The position numbers and the translations under genes are program-made. The notes under the pieces were generated by a model. The model did no database searches. It worked only from the letters and a program-made list of their open reading frames with translations, and was not told where the DNA came from. DNA of 64,000 nucleotides from Candidatus Acidiferrum sp. (GTDB lineage: Bacteria > Chloroflexota > Dormibacteria > Dormibacterales > Dormibacteraceae), in assembly GCA_035571315.1 (NCBI GenBank), contig DATMKM010000158.1, positions 20,182-84,181 on the forward strand, given 5' to 3'. Every line of letters starts with the position of its first letter. Positions within the stretch are counted from its first letter, which is position 1. Of the stretch, positions 35,195-44,597 are shown piece by piece.

Positions 35195-36434
35195 GCGCCC
35201 GGACAAAACCGGGACCCCTCGCGCCATCCCTCCCGGGCCGGCGGGCAGGGCAACCTACCCGTCGATCTCCCCATCCGAATATGCGATGCGCCGCGAGGCC
35301 GTCGCCGCGGGCATGGAGGCAGCCGGCCTCGACGCGATCTGCGTTTTTTATCCGGCCCGCATCGCTTACCTGACCGGCTTCCACCACGTTCCCACCGAGC
35401 GGCCCATTGCGCTCGTGCTCGGGCCGAAAACCAAGACCGTGCTGGTGGTGCCGGCGGTCGAAAAGGAGCACGCCGAATCGTCGACCTCGTTGGACCGGAT
35501 CGACGTCTACTTCGAGTATCCCGGCGCCGAACATCCCATGGAACGCGTGTCGGCGATCCTTTCGGAGAACGGCGCCAGGCCGTCGCGAACCGGCGCCGAC
35601 CACGACGGCTATATCCCCTACTGGGGCTACCGCGGACCGCTCCTGAGCGAACTCACCGGCCAGCGCGCATTCGACGCCGAGTTGATCATCGAATCGCTCC
35701 GTCGCGTCAAGTCGCCGGCCGAGATCGCCTGCATCCAGCTGAGCTGCGACTGGGCGGTGCGCGCCCACCATCGCATGCAGTCCGCGATCAAGACGGGCAA
35801 GACCGAGATGGAGATCTACACGCCGGTCGTCACCGAAACGCTGCAGGCGATGCTTCGCGAGATGCCCGGCTGGCGCCCTCGCTCATTTGCAGGCAACGGG
35901 CTGGAATCGATGTTCGTGGCCGGTCGTTCGACGGCGATGCCCCACGGTTTCGTGCGCGGCCATGGCGTTCAAGGCGGCGATGTGCTGGTGAGCGGCGCGA
36001 GCGCCGACATCGATGGTTATTTGAGCGAGCTGGAGCGGACGATGATCGTGGGTGAGCCCACGGCCGAGCAGGAGCGCGCCTTCGACGCGATGCTCGCGCT
36101 GCAGACGCGCGCGATCGAGGTCATGGCGCCAGGAGTGCCGGCGGGTGAAGTGGAGCTCGCCACCGTGCGGTTGGCCGAAGAGCTCGGCGTCTCCGGCAAC
36201 CTGCGCCACCACGTCGGCCATTCGATCGGGCTCGAGGGGCACGAAGCGCCGTTTCTCGACCGCGGGGAGGAGACCGTGCTCGAAGCCGGCATGGTGTTCA
36301 CGGTCGAGCCCGGCGTCTACGTCAAGGAGCTCGGCGGCTTCAGGCACTCCGACACGGTGGTCATCACCGACGGCGGCTGTAGGGTGATGACGGATTATCC
36401 GCGCGAGTTGAAGGATCTAGTCATCACGCCGTAA
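35181..36434 (+). CDS. M24-family metallopeptidase (Xaa-Pro peptidase/creatinase-like)
   Basis: 417 aa. Creatinase-like N-domain (GLDAICVFYPARIAYLTGF) and pita-bread C-domain (...GDVLVSGASADIDGYLSELERTM...HHVGHSIGLEGHE...VFTVEPG). TTG start. Confidence 0.8.
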   Translation: MPRTKRPDKTGTPRAIPPGPAGRATYPSISPSEYAMRREAVAAGMEAAGLDAICVFYPARIAYLTGFHHVPTERPIALVLGPKTKTVLVVPAVEKEHAESSTSLDRIDVYFEYPGAEHPMERVSAILSENGARPSRTGADHDGYIPYWGYRGPLLSELTGQRAFDAELIIESLRRVKSPAEIACIQLSCDWAVRAHHRMQSAIKTGKTEMEIYTPVVTETLQAMLREMPGWRPRSFAGNGLESMFVAGRSTAMPHGFVRGHGVQGGDVLVSGASADIDGYLSELERTMIVGEPTAEQERAFDAMLALQTRAIEVMAPGVPAGEVELATVRLAEELGVSGNLRHHVGHSIGLEGHEAPFLDRGEETVLEAGMVFTVEPGVYVKELGGFRHSDTVVITDGGCRVMTDYPRELKDLVITP

Positions 36435-38295
36435 CCGCCTCGGGCTCGGGCATCGGCCGGATCTTGCTCGTGTACATGTGGAGCACGGTTATGCCGTCGG
36501 CCGTGTGACGCCGGACGCGATCCACCGCCATCGGGGGCAGCATGCCCTGGTCCTCCACCGTCACCAGGGTCTCTTTGGGTCCGACCGTCCGCCACACCTC
36601 GCCGACCATCTCGCGCGGGAGGCTGCCCGGCATGTAGACGTACCGCCGGTTCTTGATGTGCTCTCGCGCGAGCATTTCAGCCCGCGCAAAAGCGTCATGC
36701 GCGGAGAAGTCCCTGAGGTACGGGTCGGCCACCTCCAGCAGCTCGTGGTGCTGGTTCGGGTAGCGGTCGCCTCTATACAGGAAGACGGCGCCGCGGCCGG
36801 CGGCGGCATGAGTGGCAGCGCGCATCACGGCCTCGGCCGCCAACTGGTCGTGAGGCAGTATGACGAGCGTCTCGCCGGCCGACGGTCGATTACCGAGCGC
36901 GGTGGCGATGGATTCCGCCGCCCGCCGGGGCCGGAAAGACACCGGGAACACGCTCGGCCTTCGCGAACGGTAATACCGGTAGGTCAGAAGGCCGATCACG
37001 AGCCCCACGACCGTGAGGCCACCACCGAACTTTGTGGCGCTTGGCTTGTAGACAAGGTTGACCAGCCAGGCGGTGACGACGAGCAGCGTGGTCAGGATGC
37101 CAATCACGAAGATCGCCGTTGTGCCGGCCGTCCAGGTTGGGCGTTCGCGCCAGCGCACCACGTCGAGGCTGACGCAGGTGAGCACAAACGTGCCGAGCAA
37201 ACCGAACGCGTAGAGGTCACCGAGCAACGGAACCTGGGCCCGTGCGGCAATCGTGATCACGACGGGCATGGCGACGGCGACGAGAATCGACCAGTGCGGG
37301 GTCACCCGCCACTTGTTCCGGCGCTCCAGCACACGGGGCAGAAAGCCCATGCGCGCCAGCGCGATGAAGACGTGGTAGGCGCCGATGATGGCCGTGTTGC
37401 TGGCGAAAACCAGCAGCAACGAACCTGAGACGGCGACGTAATCGCCCACCAGGTGACCTGCGACCCGAGCGCCGAGCAATGAGATGAACTGGTTGGGGTC
37501 CGCATTCGCGTTGAGAAGGGTGGTCGACCACAACGTGAGCAGCGGGCTCGTGATGGCCATCGTCAGTACGACGGCCGTCATGGCTCGGAAGGCGACCTTC
37601 TTGCGCGGCTCGCGCATGGCCGGCGCGAGCTGCGCGACGCTTTCCAGTCCCGAAAACGCGAGAAAGGCTGCGCCGTAACCGGTGAGCAGCAGAATCGGGG
37701 TCAGCGGAGTCCCGTGTGTGATGGCGCTGAAGCTGTGCACCACTCCGGCCGGTCCGAGGAAGAGCGCGGTTGCCAGCACAACCGCAAGCTGCCCTCCCCC
37801 GGCGAAGCACGCGACAATCGCCGTCGCCCGCGCGCTCTCCTTGATCCCGAGCAAGTTCAAGATGCAGAGGGCGATCAAGGCGCCGACCGAGGCCTGCAGC
37901 GCAACACCCTTCAAAAACGGCAGCAGCACCGCGAGGTACAGCACCCCAGACAGCGCGCTGAGCGCGGCGGTCAGGAAGTAGTCGACCAGGATCATCAGGC
38001 CGCCGAGCAGCCCCGCAAACGGGTGCAGGGCTTGCGACGAGACGTTGACGACGCCACCGCCTTCCGGGTAACGCCAGGTGACCTCGGCGTACTTCACACA
38101 TAGAAGGACGAAGACGAACAGAGTCATCAAGACGAACAGGGCGGCTCGCGAGCGGAAGGGGCCGTACAGAATGCCCGGCACGTAGTAAACCGACGTACCG
38201 ATGTCCGCGAATACGACGGCCCAGCACAGGAACGCCCCGAGGCTTCCGCCGCGGACTTTGATCCTGCGGCGGGACGGAGTGATGGCGTGGCTCAA
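36424..38295 (-). CDS. APC-superfamily permease with a ~170-aa C-terminal cytoplasmic domain (USP-like by eye)
   Basis: 623 aa, ~12 TM. ...FADIGTSVYYVPGILY...YPEGGGVVNVSSQAL... Soluble tail ...ETLVILPHDQLAAEAVMRAATHAAAGRGAVFLY... TTG start in a TTGA overlap with the upstream small ORF. Confidence 0.75.
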   Translation of the reverse strand: MSHAITPSRRRIKVRGGSLGAFLCWAVVFADIGTSVYYVPGILYGPFRSRAALFVLMTLFVFVLLCVKYAEVTWRYPEGGGVVNVSSQALHPFAGLLGGLMILVDYFLTAALSALSGVLYLAVLLPFLKGVALQASVGALIALCILNLLGIKESARATAIVACFAGGGQLAVVLATALFLGPAGVVHSFSAITHGTPLTPILLLTGYGAAFLAFSGLESVAQLAPAMREPRKKVAFRAMTAVVLTMAITSPLLTLWSTTLLNANADPNQFISLLGARVAGHLVGDYVAVSGSLLLVFASNTAIIGAYHVFIALARMGFLPRVLERRNKWRVTPHWSILVAVAMPVVITIAARAQVPLLGDLYAFGLLGTFVLTCVSLDVVRWRERPTWTAGTTAIFVIGILTTLLVVTAWLVNLVYKPSATKFGGGLTVVGLVIGLLTYRYYRSRRPSVFPVSFRPRRAAESIATALGNRPSAGETLVILPHDQLAAEAVMRAATHAAAGRGAVFLYRGDRYPNQHHELLEVADPYLRDFSAHDAFARAEMLAREHIKNRRYVYMPGSLPREMVGEVWRTVGPKETLVTVEDQGMLPPMAVDRVRRHTADGITVLHMYTSKIRPMPEPEAVTA

Positions 38296-38519
38296 TCGCT
38301 GTCCAGGTTTCGCCGTTCGCCGAGGTAGCGACCAAGATTCGCCAGGTCGCCGCGCACCTTGTTGAGGGCCCGTTGCGCCTCACGATCGCCCAGGTCCATG
38401 TACGCGACCGCGGCCAAATAGAGGTCGGCGCGCTCGAGCTGACGCATGGCAGAGCGCAGAACCGTGCGCCGCTCGTTGGCGGTCCTCGTCTCTGGAAGCT
38501 GAACGATGGCGTTGCGCAT
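38292..38519 (-). CDS. Small helical hypothetical protein, translationally coupled to the permease
   Basis: 75 aa, MRNAIVQLPETRTANERRTVLRSAMRQLERADLYLAAVAYMDLGDREAQRALNKVRGDL... The stop overlaps the permease TTG start (TTGA). No recognised domain. Confidence 0.4.
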   Translation of the reverse strand: MRNAIVQLPETRTANERRTVLRSAMRQLERADLYLAAVAYMDLGDREAQRALNKVRGDLANLGRYLGERRNLDSD

Positions 38520-38622
38520 CTCTTCACGGTAGAAGCCAGGTCGTTAGGTCCCCGTTTGGCCTCGGCGATTATCCCTATGGATTCTGTATGGAGGCGGCTC
38601 CGATCCTTTAACCTCGCCTGAG

Positions 38623-40473
38623 ATGAGTCCCGACGCCGTCGCTCGCCGCGGGCGCCGCCCCGGCGACCTCCGTGTCGTCGTGGGTCGCGCCGCCAAGCTG
38701 CCCCGCACCCTCGGAGCGCCGGCCCTGTTCGCCGCCAGCTACGGCAACGTCGGGTCCAGCATTTACTACGCCCTGGGCGTCACCGCGGCGTTTGCCCTCG
38801 GTCTGACGCCGCTTGCCCTGATCCTCGCCGGCCTGATCTTCGTCAGCACCGCGTTGAACTACGCGGAGGGCTCGGCGGCGCTGCCACACGCTGGCGGCAG
38901 CTCGCAGTTCGCACGGCGCGCCTTCAATGCGCCGATCGGCTTTTTGGTCGGTTGGGTACAGCTGCTCAACTACACAGCGACCGTCTCGATCTCCGCCTAC
39001 TTCGCCATCAGCTACCTCGGTGTGTTCGGCAAATATTTCTGGCTTTTCGGCGAGTTCAGGTCATCAGAGCCCTGGCACATCGGCGCCACCATCGTGTTGA
39101 TCGGCCTGCTGCTCGTCGTCAACGTGATCGGCATCCAGGAATCAAGCGCGCTCAACCTGGCACTGGCCATGACGGACTTGGTGACACAGTTTGCGCTGGT
39201 CATCCTCGGACTCATCTTTCTGCTCAACATCCACACGGTCATCAACAACATCCACCTTGCAGTTGCGCCGACCTGGGGTAACTTCCTGGCCAGCATCTCG
39301 ATCGCGATGGTCACCTATACCGGGATAGAGACGATCTCGAACATGTCCGAAGAGGTCAAAAACCCCGGCCGCAGTGTGCCTCGAGCGACTTTTGCTGTCA
39401 TCGCAGCTGTCCTGTTCGTTTCGGCTTTCCTCCCGACGATCGGCATGAGCGTGTTTCCGGTTCATCTCGTCGACGGCCAGTACACGACGGCCCTCGCGAC
39501 CACCTATAAGAGCGACCCGGTGGCCGGCATCGTCACCGGATTCAATACGGTCTCGACGACCCTCGCCTTCTGGGCGGGCCTCTGGGTTGGCTTCCTCGCC
39601 TTCACCATCCTTGTCATCGCCACCAACGCGGGCTTGATCGGAATCTCGAGACTTAGCTACTCGCTGGCGGGCGCCGACCTGCTCCCGCATCGCTTCGCCC
39701 GGTTGCACCCGAAATTCAAGACGCCGTACATCTCGATCATGGTGTTCGGCATCGCCGCGGCCGTGCTCGTTTTACCCGGAATCTTTGTCCACGGCCAGGA
39801 GATCGACCTCCTCGGGTCGGTCTATGCACTGGCCGCAACCTTCGCCTTCTGCTCCGCGCATCTCTCCGTCATGCGGCTCCGCTTCATAGAGCCGAATCTC
39901 TACCGTCCCTACCGCATGCCATGGAACATCAGGTTCGGCCGGGACAGCATCCCGGTACTTTCACTGCTCGGGGCGCTTGCGATAGGCACCGTCTTCACCC
40001 AGCTGATGTCGCAGAACATCTCGAACTCCTCCTATATCTATCTAGGCTGGCTGTGCCTTGGCATCATCACCTTTGTGGTCTATCGCCGCTACCGCAAGCA
40101 GCCGCTCTGGGAGCCACTCGAGGTGCCGCCTCCACCGGACCGGGAGGTGGAGCGCCTGCCGGCCGCACCGCTACCTAGCTCGGCTCGCTACAAGCACGGG
40201 AGGCGCGTGGCCGCCCACGCCGCGGTGGCAGCCGCGCAACACCGCGGGCACCGCCCGGCCTGGCAGTTGGAATTCGAGCTTTTCTTCGCCCGCCATGGGC
40301 AGGCGCGCGGCATTTTGATCGTCCTGGTGTTCGCGGCCGTCAGCGGCCTCGCGATCTTCGTAAACCTCTCGAAATACGATCCGTTTGGATCGCGACTGAG
40401 CTGGTCGCCGGGCCTGGTGCTGGTGGCCTTCATCGCTGCCTACCTGCTCAACCGCAGTCACGGCGAGCGCTAA
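38623..40473 (+). CDS. APC-family amino acid/polyamine permease with extra C-terminal TM segment
   Basis: 616 aa. ...LFAASYGNVGSSIYYALGV...YAEGSAALPHAGGSSQFARRAF... Multiple TM helices throughout. Confidence 0.8.
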   Translation: MSPDAVARRGRRPGDLRVVVGRAAKLPRTLGAPALFAASYGNVGSSIYYALGVTAAFALGLTPLALILAGLIFVSTALNYAEGSAALPHAGGSSQFARRAFNAPIGFLVGWVQLLNYTATVSISAYFAISYLGVFGKYFWLFGEFRSSEPWHIGATIVLIGLLLVVNVIGIQESSALNLALAMTDLVTQFALVILGLIFLLNIHTVINNIHLAVAPTWGNFLASISIAMVTYTGIETISNMSEEVKNPGRSVPRATFAVIAAVLFVSAFLPTIGMSVFPVHLVDGQYTTALATTYKSDPVAGIVTGFNTVSTTLAFWAGLWVGFLAFTILVIATNAGLIGISRLSYSLAGADLLPHRFARLHPKFKTPYISIMVFGIAAAVLVLPGIFVHGQEIDLLGSVYALAATFAFCSAHLSVMRLRFIEPNLYRPYRMPWNIRFGRDSIPVLSLLGALAIGTVFTQLMSQNISNSSYIYLGWLCLGIITFVVYRRYRKQPLWEPLEVPPPPDREVERLPAAPLPSSARYKHGRRVAAHAAVAAAQHRGHRPAWQLEFELFFARHGQARGILIVLVFAAVSGLAIFVNLSKYDPFGSRLSWSPGLVLVAFIAAYLLNRSHGER

Positions 40474-40480
40474 CAGCTCA

Positions 40481-41161
40481 TCAGCCCTCGAGCCGGTATC
40501 CGACTCCCGGTTCGTTGATGATGTAGCGCGGGTTCGCCGGGTCGTCACCCAGCTTCTTGCGGATCTGGGCGACCACGTAGCGGGTGTTGTACTTGTCGCC
40601 TATGGCGTAGTCACCCCACACCTGCCGCAGGAGCGTCGTGTGAGTCACCGGCTTACCCGCATGCAACGCCAGGTACCTCAGCAGTTCGTACTCGGTGGGC
40701 GTCAGCCGCACCAGCTTTCCCTGGACGGTGACAGTGCGCCGTCCGATGTCAATCTCCAGGTCGCCCGAACGGATGACCGGCTCGCCCGCCGTGACATCCG
40801 CCTGGCGGCGCAGCACGGCCCGGATCCTCGCGACCAGCTCTTCGGTGCCGAACGGCTTCACGAGGTAGTCGTCCGCCCCCGCATCGAGCGCGCGCACCTT
40901 GTCCTTCTCATCAGGCATGACGCTGATCACGATCACTGCCGCGCGAGTCGCCGGCCTCAACTTTTTCAGCGTCACGAACCCGTCCATGCCAGGCAGGCCG
41001 AGATCGAGGAGTATCACGTCCGGACGCCACGTGGCGGCCTCGCTGATCGCCTCCTCCCCGCTCCCCACGGCGCGTACCTCGAAGTCGTGATAGCTGAGCC
41101 CGGTTCGCAGGGCCCGTTGCATCTCCACCTCATCGTCGACGACAAGCACCCGGCCGCTCAT
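40481..41161 (-). CDS. OmpR/KdpE-type response regulator
   Basis: Start ATG 41161. MSGRVLVVDDEVEMQRAL...DVILLDLGLPGMDG...DDYLVKPF...winged-helix LTPTEYELLRYLALHAGKPVTHTTLLRQVWG...GVGYRL. Confidence 0.9.
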   Translation of the reverse strand: MSGRVLVVDDEVEMQRALRTGLSYHDFEVRAVGSGEEAISEAATWRPDVILLDLGLPGMDGFVTLKKLRPATRAAVIVISVMPDEKDKVRALDAGADDYLVKPFGTEELVARIRAVLRRQADVTAGEPVIRSGDLEIDIGRRTVTVQGKLVRLTPTEYELLRYLALHAGKPVTHTTLLRQVWGDYAIGDKYNTRYVVAQIRKKLGDDPANPRYIINEPGVGYRLEG

Positions 41162-41162
41162 G

Positions 41163-42647
41163 TCACAGCGCCTGCGCTCGCGGAGCCGCGACATGGGCGA
41201 GCGGAAGCGTGAACGTGAAACGTGGACCGCGGCGCCTGTTCTCGGCGCGGATGGTGCCTCCGTGCGCCTCGACCACCCGCTTGCAGATGGCAAGGCCCAG
41301 ACCGCTGCCGCGCACGCGGCGTGTCCAGAACGTGTCAAAGATGCGATCGAGGTCACCCGTCGCGATCGGCGGTCCGTCGTTCTCCACCCACGCCTCGAGC
41401 ATCCCGTCGCGCGGCGATGCGCCAACCTCGATCACGCCGCCGGGTGGGGCCCACTCGTGCGCGTTCTCGAGCAGGTTCGCGACCACCCGCCCGGCCTGCA
41501 CCTCATCGACGTTCACGGGAGGCAGGTCGTCGGGCAGTTCGACCACCAGTCGGTTGCTTGCTAGCTCGATGCGCAGGTGCCTGGTCGCGTTGGCCACGAG
41601 GTCCGAGAATCCATGCGCTTCGCGGTCGAGCTGCAGGCCCGCCTCGAGCCGGGACAGCGCGAGCAGATCGCCGACCATGCGGTCCAGGCGGCTCGCCTGG
41701 CGATCGAGGTCGACCAGAAGCTCACGCTGATCGTCTTTCAGTCCCGCCTGCGGCGCGGCCAGCGCGGTGAGGCCGGTGCGCAGCGAAGCGATCGGGCTCT
41801 TCAGCTCGTGGGACAGCGACGAGAGGATGGCCGTCTTGAGCCGGTCCGAGGACTCGAGCCCGCGAGCTCGCTCGGACTCCAGGGCCGCGCGACGGCGGTC
41901 CATCAGAAGGTCCGCGAGGCCGACGACGGCTGCCAGCATGCGCAGCTCATCTGGCGTGACCTGGTCCTCGTCGATTCCGATCACCGCCACACCGCTGGCG
42001 AGCGGCAGGTAAGCCGGCGCGGAGTCCGACGGATGCTTCCGCACAACCGAGACCATCCCGTCGCGCACGGCAATCCCGATCGCCCGGCCGTTCTCGTGAG
42101 ACCAGGCCGCCTGTTTGAGCTCCGCCGGGCTCAGGTCGCCGCCGGCCAGCGCGCTCGGCTGCCCCGAGTCCACGGCGACGAGTGCGAACCTGCTCACGGA
42201 CGTCAGCTCCGTGGCGCGCCGGCACAGCATCGACAGGGCGGCGGTCACCTCAGCCGAGCGCAGCGCGGCAGTTGCCACCTCATAGAGGGCGCGCGACTCA
42301 CGAGCCAGCGCCTCCGCGGTCGCTCGTGAGCGGCGCAAGGAGGCCGCCAGCTGGCTCGTGACCAGGGCCACAGCGAGCAGGACGATCAGTTCGAGCACAT
42401 TGGCGGAGTCTCGGACGGTGAACGTGTTCACAGGAGGGACAAAGAAGAAGTCGTAAGAGAGGAATGCGCCAACGCTTCCGACCAGAGCAGGGCCCCTACC
42501 CCAACGCGCTCCGAGCCAGAGTATGAGGAGCAAGTAGATCGCGGAAAGCCCGGGCACCGATGTCTTCGAGCTGATCAGCCAGATGACGGCCGTGATGGCG
42601 ATCACCCCGCCGATCGCGACCGCGTAGGGCGCCAATCGGGGTCTCAT
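41163..42647 (-). CDS. Sensor histidine kinase, KdpD C-terminal type (DUF4118 membrane domain-GAF-like-HisKA-HATPase), lacking the KdpD N-terminal/Usp domains
   Basis: ...ILWLGARWGRGPALVGSVGAFLSYDFFFVPPVNTFTV (DUF4118-like)...LSSLSHELKSPIASL (H-box)...GSGLGLAICKRVVEAHGG. Start ATG 42647 (ATGA with the upstream stop). Confidence 0.85.
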   Translation of the reverse strand: MRPRLAPYAVAIGGVIAITAVIWLISSKTSVPGLSAIYLLLILWLGARWGRGPALVGSVGAFLSYDFFFVPPVNTFTVRDSANVLELIVLLAVALVTSQLAASLRRSRATAEALARESRALYEVATAALRSAEVTAALSMLCRRATELTSVSRFALVAVDSGQPSALAGGDLSPAELKQAAWSHENGRAIGIAVRDGMVSVVRKHPSDSAPAYLPLASGVAVIGIDEDQVTPDELRMLAAVVGLADLLMDRRRAALESERARGLESSDRLKTAILSSLSHELKSPIASLRTGLTALAAPQAGLKDDQRELLVDLDRQASRLDRMVGDLLALSRLEAGLQLDREAHGFSDLVANATRHLRIELASNRLVVELPDDLPPVNVDEVQAGRVVANLLENAHEWAPPGGVIEVGASPRDGMLEAWVENDGPPIATGDLDRIFDTFWTRRVRGSGLGLAICKRVVEAHGGTIRAENRRRGPRFTFTLPLAHVAAPRAQAL

Positions 42648-43699
42648 GACGCCAACCACCGAACTTCCGTGCCGTGCGCCATGCTCGTACCCATCAGGTC
42701 GCCATCGAGCCGAATTTCAAACCGCGACTCGCCGGGCTCCATGCTGAGGTGAAGCAGCGGTGCGTCCGGCGTCGCGCGCGACACGGCCGCGTCGATCACC
42801 TCCGCGATGCGCGAACGCATGGCCTCCGAGGGGTACTGCATGACGACCGAGTGGTAGACCACCGTGGCCATGTCAGGCCGCGGCTCATCAAGCTCGCGCT
42901 CCAGAAACGTCGCTGCATCCATCTGCTCAACTTCGAGCGGCCACTGTTTCGCGACCTCGATCGCACCGTCGAGGCGGGAAAGGCGGCCGAGCTGGTCCGC
43001 CCAGATGAATGATCGGAGGGACAGCGCGCCGTCCTGCGACGTCGGGTCGATGGGAACCAGGTCGCATCCCTTTCGTTCAATAATCTCGGCCGGTCGATCG
43101 AGTGGAGGAGGCACCTCAAAGAAGTGCACGAACCGCACAGGCGAATGATCGTCTCCCCAGCCGGTGTCACCCGACTCGTATCGATAGCGATCCCACCGAA
43201 GGTTGAGGCCGGCACTGGCGCCGATCTCCAGGATGCGCAGTGGCAATCTGGTCCGATGTGCGACCTCGAGGAATCCGCCGAGCAACGCAGCGCTGCGTCC
43301 CACCTCGTTGGTCTGGCATCCGCCCGACATCAAGCGGCGGATCTCGGCGCCAGGCTCCGTCAGCGCCTCGCGAAACAACGGCCAGGCCAGCGCGGCGTCG
43401 CCGTCCCCTCCGACCGATGGATAGTGCGGCGCAAGCTGCGGCAGGCGATCCTGGAGCACGAGCCGGTGAATAGCGGCCATCATCCGCAGGGCGAGCACTG
43501 ACCATTCCGGGTCGGCCCGGAAGTCCTTCAACAGCTCCCAGACCGCGCCGCCAGAGCCCAGGTCATCGGCGGCGGACTCGAGCAGGGTGGCATAGAAGGG
43601 CGAGCCGAGCACCGCGCACGCCTGTGCCTGGAACCTGAGCCGGCTTTCGATCTCGTCACGGGTCGCCGGCAATCGCAAGCTCCTTCGCGCGGTTCGCAT
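42644..43699 (-). CDS. DUF2332-like protein
   Basis: ...RLRFQAQACAVLGSPFYATLLESAADDL...RILEIGASAGLNLRWDRY... resembles DUF2332 as I recall it. Start uncertain (ATG 43699, or TTG 43672/43678). Confidence 0.55.
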   Translation of the reverse strand: MRTARRSLRLPATRDEIESRLRFQAQACAVLGSPFYATLLESAADDLGSGGAVWELLKDFRADPEWSVLALRMMAAIHRLVLQDRLPQLAPHYPSVGGDGDAALAWPLFREALTEPGAEIRRLMSGGCQTNEVGRSAALLGGFLEVAHRTRLPLRILEIGASAGLNLRWDRYRYESGDTGWGDDHSPVRFVHFFEVPPPLDRPAEIIERKGCDLVPIDPTSQDGALSLRSFIWADQLGRLSRLDGAIEVAKQWPLEVEQMDAATFLERELDEPRPDMATVVYHSVVMQYPSEAMRSRIAEVIDAAVSRATPDAPLLHLSMEPGESRFEIRLDGDLMGTSMAHGTEVRWLAS

Positions 43700-44597
43700 A
43701 CCCCGGGTGTGAGGGACGCGCGACCCGGTACCAGGCCAGGGTCTCGGCCAGGGCGTCCTCCAGCGCCGAAGGCTCGAACCCGAGCTCGTGGCGTGCCTGG
43801 TCGAGGACGTACCCAGCGGAGCGTTTGGGATCAGGCCCGTATGGGCTTGCACCGTCCGGCAGCTCCGCGAACGGCATCGGGTGAAGGCGCGCGGGACGGC
43901 CCATCGCTTTGGCGATGCCTTCGACCAGGTCGCGCAGGCTCACACCCTCGAAGGCGGCGTTGAACGCCTTGTGCGTCAGGTGCTTGCGCAGGTCGCACGC
44001 CAGCGCACAGGCGTAACCGATGTCCTTGACCCATGCGAGCCCGGCCTGGCGCTCGTACGACTCGACCGGAACGAGTACCGGTCCGCCGTCCTCCACGCGC
44101 TGAATGTAGGCGGCGATGCGCAGGGAGGGGTCGGCCGGCCCGAGCACGGCCGGCGGCCGGATCACCGTCCAGGGGAGGTCGGTCTCGCGCGCCAGCATGG
44201 TTTCGCACCAGCGCTTGCCATTCATGTAGTCGAGCTTGGGTGGGGGATCTCCGACCAGCGGGACGAAGTCGTCTTCGCGGGCGGGCCTGCCATCCAAGTT
44301 GGGATATACGCCGGTCGAAACGAAGACGTAGCGGACACCTTTGAACAGACTCGCCACAGAGCGCACCTCGCCCGGCAGGTAGCACGCGAGGTCGAGCACA
44401 ACGTCCGGCTCGACCTGGCGGAGGGTGCGCTCGAGCTGCTCGTCATCCGTCCGGTCGAATGCGAGGTAGCTCGTGAAAGTGCCGTATGGGCGATCCTTCC
44501 TCCCCGCCGCTATGGTCTCCACGCCACGGCGCATCAGCTCCTTGCACGCGGCGACCCCGACGAACCCCGCCCCACCCAAGACGAGGGCTCGGGTCAC
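43656..44597 (-). CDS. NAD-dependent epimerase/dehydratase (extended SDR)
   Basis: 313 aa. MTRALVLGGAGFVGVAACKELMRRG... The GTG start shares 1 nt with the upstream TAG. Confidence 0.8.
   Translation of the reverse strand: MTRALVLGGAGFVGVAACKELMRRGVETIAAGRKDRPYGTFTSYLAFDRTDDEQLERTLRQVEPDVVLDLACYLPGEVRSVASLFKGVRYVFVSTGVYPNLDGRPAREDDFVPLVGDPPPKLDYMNGKRWCETMLARETDLPWTVIRPPAVLGPADPSLRIAAYIQRVEDGGPVLVPVESYERQAGLAWVKDIGYACALACDLRKHLTHKAFNAAFEGVSLRDLVEGIAKAMGRPARLHPMPFAELPDGASPYGPDPKRSAGYVLDQARHELGFEPSALEDALAETLAWYRVARPSHPGYANRAKELAIAGDP

Noticed and set aside
34127-44596. The block between whiA and the rapZ-like gene interpreted as a genomic island or mobile element.
   Set aside because: No integrase, transposase, tRNA or flanking direct repeats were seen, and there is no visible change in composition or codon style. 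The genes are ordinary housekeeping-type functions.
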